Shown here: positions 36,721 through 49,770 of the stretch, piece by piece | Numbering within the stretch: position 1 is the stretch's first letter | How the letters are laid out: the number at the start of each line of letters is the position of its first letter | Assembly (NCBI RefSeq): GCF_963921235.1 | Contig: NC_086108.1 | Span: forward strand, 107,262,001-107,326,000 | Length of the DNA stretch: 64,000 nucleotides | Direction: 5' to 3' | Source: Mobula hypostoma | Taxonomy: Eukaryota | Made by a program: the position numbers and the translations under genes | Notes under the pieces: generated by a model | Seen by the model: the letters and a program-made list of their open reading frames with translations, nothing else | Database searches by the model: none | What the model was told of the DNA's origin: nothing

Positions 36721-39492
36721 AAAATTCACCTATCCTACAGCAAAATCTTTCCTATAATGGGGAATTCAAAGCAGCACACTATACCTAAACACAAAAGATT
36801 CTGCAGATGCTGGAAGTCCGGAGCAAAACTCACAAAATTCTGAAGGAGTTCAGCAGGTCAGGCAGATTCTAGTGAAAGGAAACAACAGTTGACATTCTGG
36901 ACCAACACTCTTCATGAGGATACACAATACTACAGGTGCAAACTCGCCAATGTCTTTAACAACTTCACCATTTTGTGAAAAAGTGCTTCTTGATGTTGCC
37001 TTTGAGCCATCCCCACCAATGAGCACATCGACATGAAACATTGTCGCAGGAAAGCATCATCCATCATCAGGGACTCTCACCACCCTGGAGATGCTCATCG
37101 TTGTCATCAGGAAGAAGGTACAGGAGCTTCAGGACTCACACCATCAGGTTCAGGAAGAGTTATCACCCCATAGTCATCAGGATCTTGAAACAAAGGGGAT
37201 AACTTCACTCAACTTCACTTCCCAATCATTGAAATAGAGCCATAACCAATAACTCACTTTCATAATCTCAATATTTATGTATTAATTATTATTATTATTT
37301 CTTTATTTTGTATTTGCACAGTTTGTTGTCTTTGGCACATTGGTTGAACTGGTTGGTGTGAACTTCCATTGATTCTATTATTTTATTATTCTATTATAGA
37401 TTTATTGAGTATGCCCACAAGAAAATGAATCTCAGGGTTGTGTGTGGTGACATATATTTACTTTGAACTTTGAGTGGCATAGTTCCAGTTGTAAGATTTG
37501 TCCCTCACTTTTGACCCTTTCTATTAGAGAGAAATTATTTGCTTTCCATTCGATTCTTCATGTCCATCTGTCTAGAGCAAACATCCTTCTACTAACCAGC
37601 ATGTTTTCATGGCAACAGCTCTTCTAATCTCATACATTTTTTCTGGATCTGACCAAGGCTGGCAAAGGCCAGTACTTAGTGCCAAAATTATCCTTGAACT
37701 GGTTGGTCTGGAATCCCATTTCAGAGTTAAACTCACAATGCTCAAGGCATGAGGATTGGTAATGATTACAGCAGATTCTTCTTCAACCCTGGAGGCCTAC
37801 AATCTATTTGTTTTCCTAGCTCACTCAACCTTGCCTCATAGGACATGTTATACAATCCAGGCAGCATCCTGGTAAATCTCCTCTGCACCCTCTCTAAAGC
37901 TTCCAAATCCTTCCTATGAAGAGGAAACAAGAACGGAACACAATATTCCAAGCGTTGACTTTTGTTCTGGTTGAAATCCCTCCTAAATTTCCATAATACT
38001 AGAATTAGGCCATTCAGCCCATCCATCTTCCCCACCATTCCAACATGGCTACTTTTTTTTCTCAACCCCATTCTTCTTTCTTCTCCCGGTAACCCCTCCA
38101 AGATCAATCCTCTCATTCTACTTTTCTCCAAAGAGAAAAGCCCTAACTTGCTCAACCTTTCTTCAGAAGACATGTTCCAGGCCGCCTAGTAAAATTCCTC
38201 AGCCGTTTCTCTAAAGTTTCCACATCTCAAACTGAACACAATACTCTGGGTGTGCTCTAACCAGAGTTTAATTAAGCTTATAATTTTATATTAAATATCA
38301 TGGCTAACAGAAAGAAAACAATGATCATGTTGGACATCAGTGTGCTGGGGCATATTAGTTGAATGTCAGTCACACCCCCCCCCACCCTATTTGCCTGTCA
38401 GTCCTCCCCCTTCATCTGGATCTACCCTTCACAGAGTGAGTCATGGAGCTGTCAAAAAGCACTAAAACACAGATACAGATCCTTCTGCCCATCTAGTCCA
38501 TGTTACCCTTGTCTTCTACCCTGTCCTATATACCTGCACCTGGACCATATCCCTCCAAACCCCTCTCATCCATGTACCCCTCCAAACTTCTCTTAGATGT
38601 TGCAATTGAACCTGTATCTACCACTTCCTCTGGTAGCTCAATCCCCTCCTCAGAGTAACAAAGTTGTCCTTCAAGTTCTCTTAAATATTTCACCTTTCAC
38701 CTTAAACCCACAGTATGGCCTCTAGTTCTAGTTGTATCCAATCTCAGCGGAGAAGCCCCTAACCCTTCCCTCCACCTCTTTTTACTAGTTATTTCCCCCC
38801 TATATTTCAGCACAGGTGAAGGGTCTCAGGCCAAAATCATCAACTGTTTATTTCCTTCCACAGATGCTGCCCAACTCTGTGAGTTCCTCCTGCACTTTGT
38901 GTGTTTCTCACAACTCAACGTAGAAGTGCTGGGTGTAAATCGCTGCAAAGAATAGTGAGGACTGCTGAGAGAATCCGCTCTCCCTCCCACCCAGAACGTA
39001 CATCAGAAGCATTATGTTCACAGAGCACTCAGCAACCTCAAAGACTCCTCCCATCCATGCCACAAACTCTTTGACCTCCTACAATCAGGCAAGAGGTACC
39101 ACGGTACAAGAACAAGGACTCTTGGGCTGGGTACCATCTTCTTCCCCCGAGGCTGTGAGACTTCTGAACAAGCGGCTACCACCCAGTGCACATTATTTAT
39201 GACAGCCCAGTCACAATAATATTGTTGTATATTGAACTATATGTCATACATGCACTTTATGTCAACTTGTACATCCACAGAGTAGTTATTTTACTATCCG
39301 TTAATATTATTTTATGTGCTGTATGTGATATACATGCTGTGTTTTTCATCTTGGTCCCCGGGGAACACTGTTTCATTTAGCTGTATACATATGTACGGAT
39401 GATTGACAATTAAACTTGAACTTGAACATAAACACAAGAGATTCAGAGTAACACATACAAAATGCTGGAGGAAACCAATGGTCAGGTAGCAT

Positions 39493-39528
39493 CAGTCCTG
39501 ATGAAGGGCCTCAACCTGAAATGTCAGC
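39493..39528 (+). ncRNA. Hammerhead-like motif in a Penelope palindrome (39430-39585)
   Basis: cagtc-CTGATGA-agggcctcaacct-GAAA-t-GTC. Core boxes intact; stems II, III and I' eroded. Confidence 0.55.
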
Positions 39529-40196
39529 TTTCCTTTCCATGGATGCTGCCCGACCTGCTGAGTTCCTCCAGCATTTTGTGCGTATCACTTCTACAAAGAA
39601 TTCACAGTGATGACATCCAGCTCAGAATCTGTACACTGGTTTAGTAGCTCTGAAATAAATGCTAGAAGATGTAAGGCAGCACAGCCAACAGTTGATCAAA
39701 TGCACACTTTTAAAGTTAACGATGCTCACTAGACACTAATGGTATCCATCTGGAATTTGTATCTAACAAGATCCAGTTTCAGACTGAGGCGAGATTTGAC
39801 TGGTATGGAGTTGCATATGAAATGCTGAAGGACTGTGTCGTTTCAAAGCTATGCAATTTCTGGCAGTTCAAAGTACTGCTGGCAGCCAAGTGGATCGTGT
39901 CCAAGTCGGCTCTGATGTAAACGAAATCCAGGTTTCATCAAGAGCGTATGCACTTTAGATGTAGTCATTGGTGGAATAACAACTGGGGGAGCTGCTCCAA
40001 TCAGGGCTCAAAGATTGCTTTTAAACCAGGGGACATTAATATTGGACCAGGACACTTAGCAGGGAAATCAGAAGGTACTTTTTTATTTGATAAAGTAGAT
40101 ACTAGATTCATGGGACTTATTTCCTTTGGGCTGAGATCAAAGGACTATTATTTGGCTAATAGAAATTGAAAGGCTTTTACTTTTCACAACACTAAC

Positions 40197-40231
40197 AAAA
40201 GTCCTTCATCATCGATGGAGGGTGGACCCTG
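40197..40231 (-). CDS. Candidate 35-nt micro-exon
   Basis: Acceptor ttttttcctgtattacag|CAG (NAGNAG), donor TT|gttagt. Reads QGPPSIDDEGL plus TT (phase 2). Confidence 0.3.
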
Positions 40232-40328
40232 CTGTAATACAGGAAAAAATGCACACTGTAAGCTCCCAGAAGCTGCAAAGTGTCAACAATTACCACTATT
40301 AGCAACTGCATAGAAAAGATGACGATCA

Positions 40329-41132
40329 CACAGGACAACAAATTTTTTTGAAAGTGTTGCTTTCTCAGTAATTCTTTTTGTTTATGATAGAATGCTTGAA
40401 GTTAACCACAAATATAATTTCAGACATACTTTTATCACATAGCAATTTGGAGAAAGAAGAAATTCACTTTTATTGAATATAATGCATTTAATTGCATAAT
40501 GGTGCTGATACTTTGCAGTAGTTTGACTAAGCTAAAAATGATTTGTTAATAATTTTCATTGGTACTCAGTGTCTGAGGCTTCTCACTTAAGTGTCCAACA
40601 ATAATCAGCCAGCATTGATAGATTCCAGTTGCCCTGATACTACTTCTCCATGAAGGTAATATCCTGGTGAAACTTCTCACCATGCTCGTCACTGACAGTG
40701 CCAAGATATGCAGGGAAAAGGTCTAAATGTGAATGCAGAAAATGAATCTTTAATCACATTTTGCACTTCATGGCTTTGAATTCTTGAATCATGCTGTTAA
40801 CCAGCTGCACATATTTTGGTGCTCTGTAGTTGCCAAGAAAATTTTCAACAACCTTGAATGCCTTCCATGCAATTTTCTCCAGTCCCACTAGAAGTTCTTC
40901 GCATTGCCTGTCATTGACAACCTGTTTGATTTGTGGACCAACAAAAATGCCTTCCTTAATCTTGGCATCAGTTATTCTGACTTGAATTATGAATTGAAAT
41001 AACAAATATAGGCAATTTCAAAATAAATGTTGTGTGATTGAGAGATTCCATGGTGATTTTCATGATCAGCAGCCCAAAATCCATAAGCTACAACCAAAAG
41101 TGTTCAGGAAGCAAGATCTCTGTTATCCAGTG
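40329..41132 (-). mobile_element. Chapaev3-like deletion derivative, second copy
   Basis: Ends cacaggacaaca...tgttatccagtg|tta. ORF 40754..41005 DAKIKEGIFVGPQIK..AWKAFKVVENFLGNY. SDEHGE.FHQDI follows downstream. Confidence 0.8.
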
Positions 41133-41279
41133 TTATCTTTATTTGTCACAGGTACATTGAAACATTCAGTGAAATACACAGTTTGCGTCAACAACAAGCA
41201 CAGTCCCAGGATTGTGCTGGGGGCAGCCTGCAAGTGTCGCCATGCTTCTGGCACCAACATAACATGCCCTTATCTTCTG

Positions 41280-41845
41280 CAGGTTGAATACCCCTTATCT
41301 GAAATGCTTGGACCGGAAGTGTTTACAATTTCAGATGTTTTTGGATTTTGGATTATATAATGGTATAGCTTGGGATTGGCATTATTTTGGACTGTGAACT
41401 TATGTGAACTTAAGCAGTCTTTGTCTTACACTTGTTCATCGCATATATGTATATGTACTTAACAGTAATGATTGTTCCATACCATTAATATAAATTTCTG
41501 TAACCAGCCTGCTGAATATTCCCAATTACATTCAATTCAACTTGATAGATCTTTCCTTGTTTCATGATCAGCGTAACGTTAAGGGGCATATGTTCACTTT
41601 GACAGTGACAAATTTATGCTTTCAATACACGATCACGATCTCCATTTTTCACTTTACATAGTGCTTTTCTATTTTTCATTAACTTCTGTTTGTTGCATAT
41701 GTGAGGTCACTTCTCAGAACTGTCTGTGGTGTGAAGAGACCTACGCATCACCTGGGAACCTTCTCAGCGCCTTGTGGAATTTCCCATTTGTGACATCTTG
41801 TCAGTGCTCAGGTCTCGGAGGTTTTCAGATTTTTGAAATTTGCTG
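41280..41845. mobile_element. Tigger/pogo MITE, Tigger4/MER46-like
   Basis: caggttgaataccccttatctgaaatgcttggaccggaagtgttt...ttggattttgga. The 3' part gtggaatttcccatttgtgacatcttgtcagtgctca matches the remembered family layout. Confidence 0.65.
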
Positions 41846-42212
41846 TACTGGGGCATAGACCACGGACAGCAGCTCACCAGGGTCCGCTGTCCTGGGATTA
41901 TCCACACTTTCAAGTTATCCCAGGCGCAGCCCATCTTCTCCCAGGGATGAGGTCTTTGGAACTTTTGGTGGCACTTCTCGATTTTTACAAGATGGGGTAG
42001 TAGCTCCATGTCCAACCCTCCTCCTTTCACAGCTGGGCTTGGAAGCACCCATGGTGGAGTTAACACAGCTTGCCCACAATTCACTAATCCTAACTGTATG
42101 TCTTTCAAATGTGGGAGGAAACCCGAGCACCCTGAGGAAACACACACAGTCATGGAGAGGATGTACAAATTCTTTATAGAGAGAGGTGGGAATTGAACCC
42201 TGATCCGTGATT

Positions 42213-45210
42213 ACATAGAAACATAGAAACATAGAAAATAGGTGCAGGAGTAGGCCATTCGGCCCTTCGAGGCTGCACCGCCATTTATTATGATCATGGC
42301 TGATCATCCAACTCAGAACCCCGCCCCAGCCTTCCCTCCATACCCCCTGACCCCCGTAGCCACAAGGGCCATATCTAACTCCCTCTTAAATATAGCCAAT
42401 GAACTGGCCTCAACTGTTTCCTGTGGCAGAGAATTCCACAGATTCACCACTCTCTATGTGAAGAAGTTTTTCCTAATCTCGGTCCTAAAAGGCTTCCTCT
42501 TTATCCTCAATCTGTGACCCCTTGTTCTGGACTTCCCCAACATCGGGAACAATCTTCCTGCATCTAGCCTGTCCAATCCCTTTAGGATTTTATACATTTC
42601 AATCAGATCCCCCCTCAATCTTCTAAATTCCAATGAGTACAAGCCCAGTTCATCCAGTCTTTCTTCATATGAAAGTCCCGCCATCCCAGGAATCAAACTG
42701 GTGAACCTTCTTTGTACTCCCTCTATGGCAAGGATGTCTTTCCTCAGATTAGGGGACCAAAACTGCACACAATACTCCAGGTGTGGTCTCACCAAGGCCT
42801 TGTACAACTGCAGTAGTACCTCCCTGCTCCTGTACTTGAATCCTCTTGCTATAAATGCCAGCATACCATTCACCTTTTTCACCGCCTGCTGTACCTGCAT
42901 GCCCACTTTCAATGACTGGTGTATAATGACACCCAGGTCTCGTTGCACCTCCCCTTTTCCTAATCAGCCACCATTCAGATAATAATCTGTTTTCCTATTT
43001 TTGCCACCAAAGTGGATAACTTCACATTTATCCACATTAAATTCCATCTGCCATGAATTTGCCCACTCACCCAATCTATCCAAGTCACTCTGCATCCTCT
43101 TAGCATCCTCCTCACAGCTAACACTGCCACTCAGCTTCGTGTCATCTGCAAACTTGGAGATGCTGCATTTAATTCCCTCATCCAAGTTATTAATATATAT
43201 TGTAAACAACTGGGGTCCCACCACTGAGCCTTGCGGTACCCCACTAGTCACCGCCTGCCATTCTGAAAAGGTCCCGTTTATTCCCACTCTTTGCTTCCTG
43301 TCTGCTAACCAATTCTCCATCCACATCAATACCTTACCCCCAATACTGTGTGCTTTAAGTTTGCACACTAATCTCCTGTGTGGGACCTTGTCAAAAGCCT
43401 TTTGAAAATCCAAATATACCACATCCACTGGTTCTCCCCTATCCACTCTACTAGTTACATCCTCAAAAAATTCTATGAGATTCGTCAGACATGATTTTCC
43501 TTTCACAAATCCATGCTGACTTTGTCCGATGATTTCACCGCTTTCCAAATGTGCTGTTATCACATCTTTGATAACTGACTCCAGCAGTTTCCCCACCCCC
43601 GACGTTAGGCTAACCGGTCTATAATTCCCCAGTTTCTCTCTCCCTCCTTTTTTAAAAAGTGGGGTTACATTAGCCACCCTCCAATCCTCAGGAACTAGTC
43701 CAGAATCTAACGAGTTTTGAAAAATTATCACTAATGCATCCACTATTTCTTGGGCTACTTCCTTAGGCACTCTAGGATGCAGACCATTTGGCCCTGGGGA
43801 TTTATCTGCATTCAATCCCTTCAATTTACCTAACACCACTTCCCTACTAACATGTATTTCGCTCAGTTCCTCCATCTCACTGGACCCTCTGTCCCCTACT
43901 ATTTCTGGAAGATTATTTATGTCCTCCTTAGTGAAGACAGAACCAAAGTAATTATTCAATTGGTCTGCCATGTCCTTGCTCCCCATAATCAATTCACCTG
44001 TTTCTGTCTGCAGGGGACCTACATTTGTCTTTACCAGTCTTTTCCTTTTTACATATCTATAAAAGCTTTTACAGTCAGTTTTTATGTTCCCTGCCAGTTT
44101 TCTCTCATAATCTTTTTTCCCCTTCCTAATTAAGCCCTTTGTCCTCCTCTGCTGAACTCTGAATTTCTCCCAGTCCTCAGGTGAGCCACTTTCTCTGGCT
44201 AATTTGTATGCTTCTTCTTTGGAATTGATACTTTCCCTAATTTCTCTTGTCAGCCACGGGTGCACTACCTTCCTTGATTTATTCTTTTGCCAAACTGGGA
44301 TGAACAATTGTTGTAGTTCATCCATGCAACCTTTAAATGCTTGCCATTGCATATCCACCGTCAATCCTTTAAGTGTCATTTGCCAGTCTATCTTAGCTAA
44401 TTCACGTCTCATACCTTCAAAGTTACCCCTCTTTAAGTTCAGAACCTTTGTTTCTGAATTAACTATGTCACTCTCTATCTTAATGAAGAATTCCACCATA
44501 TTATGGTCACTCTTACCCAAGGGGCCTCTCACGACAAGATTGCTAATTAACCCTTCCTCATTGCTCAAAACCCAGTCCAGAATAGCCTGCTCTCTAGTTG
44601 CTTCCTCAACATGTTGGTTCAAAAAACCATCCCACATACATTCCAAGAAATCCTCTTCCTCAGCACCTTTAACAATTTGGTTCACCCAATCTACATGTAG
44701 ATTGAAGTCACCCATTATAACTGCTGTTCCTTTATTGCACACATTTCTAATTTCCTGTTTAATACCATCTCCGACCTCACTACTACTGTTAGGTGGCCTG
44801 TACACAATTCCCACCAGTGTTTTCTGCCCCTTAGTGTTAGGCAGCTCTACCCATATCGATTCCACATCTTCCCGGCTTATGTCCTTCATTTCTATTGCGT
44901 TAATCTCTTCTTTAACCAGCAACGCCACCCCACCTCCCCTTCCTTCATGTCTATCCCTCCTGAATATTGAATATCCCTGAACGTTGAGCTCCCATCCCTG
45001 GTCACCCTGGAGCCATGTCTCTGTGATCCCAACTATATCATAATCATTAATAACAATCTGCACTTTCAATTCATCCACCTTATTACGAATGCTCCTTGCA
45101 TTGACACACAAAGCCTTCAGGCGCTCTTTTACAACTCTCTTAGCCCTTATACAATTATGCTGAAAAGTGGCCCTTTTTAATGCTTGCCCTGGATTTGTCG
45201 GCCTGCCACA
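42213..45210 (-). mobile_element. Young CR1 LINE with near-complete ORF2 (APE endonuclease + RT), one frameshift near 42955; inserted in a V-SINE head
   Basis: 750-aa ORF (NARSI, GITETW, GGGVAL, YRPP, GDFN, LDWVL, SDHN, YRPVSL, FADD) plus a 164-aa C-terminal ORF. 3'UTR and (tttctatg)n tail. SINE halves at 42060-42212 and 45212-45255. Confidence 0.97.
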
Positions 45211-46214
45211 AATCATTGCTGGTGCAGTGAAGTGTTGTGCTAACTGCTAAACTAAACATCTGTAGAGTTTGGAATGTCGACACAGACTCCTGGAAATCTC
45301 TGCAGATTTACCACAGAGAGCATTTTGACTGGTCACAAGCCTCCCCCGTATTGAGGTAAACTTCCAGCGGCAATGCCTTAAGAAGGTAGCACCCATCATG
45401 AAGGACCTTCGTCACCCAGGACATGCCCTCATTTCGTTGCTACGATCAGGGGGGAGGAACAGGAGCCTGAAGACTCACACTCAAAGTATTCGGAACAGCT
45501 TCTTCTCATCTGCCACAGATTTATGAACGCTCCATGGATCTATGAACTCTGCCTCTCTATTCTCTTTTGTACTAGTTATTTGATTATTCTTTTATCACAA
45601 TTTATAGTCTTTTATAACTTGCTGCCAGAGAATAGCAAATTTCTTGACATATGTCAGAGATAAATAAACTTGATTCTGAAGCAGTCAGGGTCATGCAGTA
45701 TTCCAAAGACATGCAGAATTTCCTTCAACAGCCCTGATTTGTATGCCCAAATTTACAAGAATGACTTGAAGTGATGTCTTTGGATTAGGAGACACACACA
45801 CACTCACAACTAAATGATGGCCAGCCAGAGGGATTCATGGCTATGGTTCTAAGTGCAAATGAATGACTATGATTTGATTGAACAGATGTACAGTCCTGGA
45901 TGCATGAATGCCCAGCTCCTGTCCCACTGCCCACAATAAACACTCACCTCCAAACAGCTGACAGAGGACACCTTCCAAAGGCAATGTCATAAAAAAGGGA
46001 CATCCAGCACAAAGGACACCCATCACCCAGGACGTGCCCCCTTCTCATTACTACCATCAAGGAGGAGGTACAGGAGCCTCGGACATTTGCTCAACACTTT
46101 AGGAACAGCTTCTTCCCACTGCCATCAGATTTCTGAATGGACAGTGAACCCTCACAAATTATTTCTTTCATTTTTTGCTCTCTTTTTGCACTATGGCTGT
46201 GTAGAATATGTATA

Positions 46215-46350
46215 TACATACACACACACACACACACACACGCACACACGCACGCACACGCACACATGCACACACACGCACACACACACACACACACACG
46301 CACATGCACACACACACACACGCACACACACGCACACACACACGCACATG

Positions 46351-46382
<32 letters not shown>

Positions 46383-46427
46383 TGCACACACACACACACA
46401 CACGTGTGTGTGTGTGTGTGTGTGTGT
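46215..46427. repeat. (CA)/(CACG) tract abutting an inverted (TG)n tract
   Basis: ...cacacacacgtgtgtgtg... palindromic junction near 46401. Confidence 0.95.
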
Positions 46428-46469
46428 ATAAATACATATAGAGTGGATTACAGTTAATTGGCTCTTGCA

Positions 46470-47392
46470 GCCAAGTTTGCAGATGATAAAAGAGAGGTGG
46501 AGGGGCAGGTAGTATTGAGGAAGCAGGGAGTCTGCAGTAGGACTTAGACAGATTAGGGGACATGGCAAAGAAGTTGTAGATGGAAATATAGTGTAGAGAA
46601 ATGAACGGTCATGCGCTTTGGTAGAAAGAGAAAGGTGCGGACAATTTTCCAAATGGGGAGAAAATTCGGAAATCAGAGGTGCAAAGGGACTTGAGAGTCC
46701 TCATTCAGAATTTCATAAAGGTTAGATTGCAGGTTGTGTTTGTGATAAGGAAGGCTAATGCAATGTTAGCATTCATTTTGAGAAGACTAGAATACAAAGG
46801 TAAGGATATAATGCTGAGGCTTTATAAGCTATTGGTTAGACTGTACTTGGAATATTGTGAGTAGTTTTGAGTTACCAAAAGTTGTGCTAGCATTGGAGGC
46901 AGTTCAGAGGAGGTTCACAAGACTACTCAGCATTGAAAGGGTTAATATGTGAGGAGTGTTTGATGGCTCTGGGCCTGTACTCACTGGAGTTTAGAAGAAT
47001 GAGGGGAGACCTCATTGAAACCAATCAAATATTGAAAGGTTAAGAAACAGTGGGTGTGGAGAGGATGTTCCCTACAGACACGAAGTCTGGGACCAGAGGG
47101 CACAGCCTCAGAATAGAGGAATATCCATTTGGAACAGAGATGAAGAACAATTTCTTCAGTCAGAGGGCAGTGACTCTGTGGAATTGATTGCTACAGACAA
47201 CTACGGAGGCCAAGTCATTGGGTACATTTAAGATGGAAGTTGATACATTTTTATTTAATCAGGTCATCAAACGTTACATGGAGAAGGCAGGAAAGTGGGG
47301 TTTGAGGGGGATAATAAATCAGCCATGATAGAATGGCAGAGCAGAATCAATGGGCTGAATGGCCTAATCTGCTCCAGTGTCTTATGGTCTGA
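46470..47392 (+). mobile_element. CR1 3' fragment
   Basis: FADD-like codons, QRDLRV, KANAMLAFI, LYKLLVRLYLEYC, then 3'UTR. Confidence 0.88.
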
Positions 47393-48466
47393 GGCTTTGG
47401 CCACACTACACTGGATAATTTTGAAAATGAAGCTTTTTCTCTTCATTTTGACCCTCTGTCCACACTAAAATGGTGTTTTCATCCCCCAAAAATAAAGAGT
47501 TTCAGAAACGGTCTCCAGAGCGAATAAATCCGAAAACTCCTAATATCCGTTGCAGTGTGGACAGGGTAACCGGAGCGTTTTAAAACCGCTGTCATGACGT
47601 GCCGGAACAGATGGCGGCAGCACGGCATTTCATTGTTCTGTTATTATTATTATTATTATTATTACTACTTTATTGTCGTCAAACAATTGATACTAGAGCG
47701 TACAATCATCACAGCGATATTTGATTCTGCGCTTCGCAGAACCTAACAATTTCAGAACAGACGGCAACGAGACTGAAGCCAGAAGAGTTAGAAATGTACT
47801 CACCAAATATTTCGACCCATAGCTTACTGAATAAATAAGTATACTCACTTTGCCCTGTTTTCTGTCCTTGCTTGTATGAAGGTAAGGACAGAAAACACCC
47901 TCCACCATCTCCAGTTTAAATTCCATGCGGAATATTTTGGAGGATCAAGAACCAAGAACCAACAACCAAGGTGGTTTACCTATTTATGCAAGTACTTCTC
48001 TGACAATAGATGTGCAACAGCCTAATGTAACATTGTATGGAAATGCAAGATAACACTGATAACACATGTTTTATACATTGAACAAGGTGCTTTATTAATA
48101 CAACAGAGTTGGTCAGTTTTTCAATGTTCATCGTCAGCTGGGTCATACTGTCCATGAACTCCCTGTCGGTTGCCTCCATACGCTCCAGTATTTGTTTTTT
48201 TTTTAGTTTTAAGTCCTCCTGCGCGAGAGCCAAGAGCAATTCCTTTTAAGTTTTTCTAGTTTGTAACTGGACAAACGCGCACCAAATATACCGTTTCCTC
48301 TTCACTTGTTTTCTGCGTGTCCTGTGCGTGCCCAGTAGGAGGAGATTAGCCCAAAAATCTGTCTAATGTGGACAGAGATATTTTGAAAAACGCTTAGTGT
48401 GGACGCCTGTCGTTTTTACTCGAAACCGGCGTTTTCAAAATTATCCGGCGTAGTGTGGACGTAGCC
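47393..48466. mobile_element. PIF/Harbinger deletion derivative
   Basis: TIRs ggct..gccacactac.c.ggataattttgaaaa / ttttcaaaattatccggcgtagtgtggacgtagcc. TSD t(g)a/tta. Transposase C-terminus (+) NETEARRVRNVLTKYFDP* ends at 47822. Convergent coiled-coil ORF 47976..48239 (-) resembles the Myb-partner C-terminus. Confidence 0.85.
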
Positions 48467-49770
48467 TTATAGTCTCATTTAAATGAAATACAGAAGAAAT
48501 AAGAACACTACCAATACCTTTATAAAACTGTGTAGTAGTTCCTAATGGATATCTACTGTGTTCTTTTGATTGCCTGAAAATGAACAAAGTCAGTGCAGAC
48601 ACCTATACATACATTGCTTTAGATGATTACATCCTCCAAATTTTCATTTTCATTGTAACATTCAAGATTGTCGAGTACCTTCAAATTCGTCATAGTCTCT
48701 AACTTGTTGAAGTAGTAAAATGGTTTCATTTTCACTCCTGGCCATTTCTGTCATCTCCAAGCTTGAAAGCTTCAAACTGTGGTAACCAAAACAGTGTTGA
48801 ATTGTCTTACTGTTTATTTCTCACTAACTACCAGTTACAAAAATTACTGCTTTTTCCACACAAACACACACAACCAATGCTATTTAAAAACTGTTCGCCC
48901 TAGACACAGTGTGGTGTTTAACGGCCAGACAAGCACTCATTAGAAACTGTTAGGCAATGGTGTCCTAGCCCAATTAAATGACATAGTGTCCCAAATAAAT
49001 GAAGGGAATCCCGGCTACCTTCTCGATTTAGTTTTTGTTCATTAAGAATTGTCCCAAATAAATGGCTGCCCCGATTAACAACTGGCCCAATTAATCAGAA
49101 TCCACTGCATATATTTTTTTTTCTTATGGTAATTTATGGTACTTATTATGTATTTCAATGTACTGCTGCCGCAAAACAACATATTATATGATATATTCCA
49201 GTGATATTAAACTTGATTCTGGGTAAGACATTTTCCTGTTTAAACAATTTCCCACTTGCCCCATGGCCTTGCTTTGCTGTGAGAATCTCTGTTGCCTCTT
49301 CTGAGGCATTCCAATTGTTATCGCAAAATCCAAAGCCTAACACAAATAGACTGGTCCTTGAATTGCGGCTGAAAATGTGGTGAAGAATTTCATTACTGTA
49401 TAATTAACAGTAGGCATTCAAACCGCTCGAGCTGCTATAAGCTTTAATGAAGGAAATTATACAGAGCGAGGCTCGTTTGAACATGCAGACTGATGATCAC
49501 GTTCAATGCAAGTTTTATATCCAGCAGCTAGAATACAATAACACTTCAGCAAGCAATTGCTTCAATACATAAATCCCATAAGAAGGATAACTTTAAAACT
49601 AATGTGTAGTTTTATGTCACACTTCAGTATTACAATGTTATGTATGAGTAAGTCAGCATGTTTTACTATTGAGAGCATAACTTCAATAGTGGAATATTAT
49701 GCTCAGTGCTAGAAGTCTCATTATAGGAAGGATGGGAAACTTTAGAAAAGGGGCAGAGGAGATTTACCAA

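Larger units (their letters stand above)
46441..49107. mobile_element. Tigger/pogo-like element hosting nested CR1 and Harbinger
   Basis: Left ta|gagtggattacagttaattgg versus right ccaattaatcagaatccactg. Element body resumes at ~48475. Confidence 0.6.

Noticed and set aside
44204..44980. 258-aa plus-strand ORF (also 43001..43405, 2783..3307, 11386..11778)
   Set aside because: These are antisense shadows of LINE ORFs.
46087..46652. His-Thr and Cys-Val rich ORFs (also near 6255, 56913 and 63107)
   Set aside because: They are translations of microsatellites.
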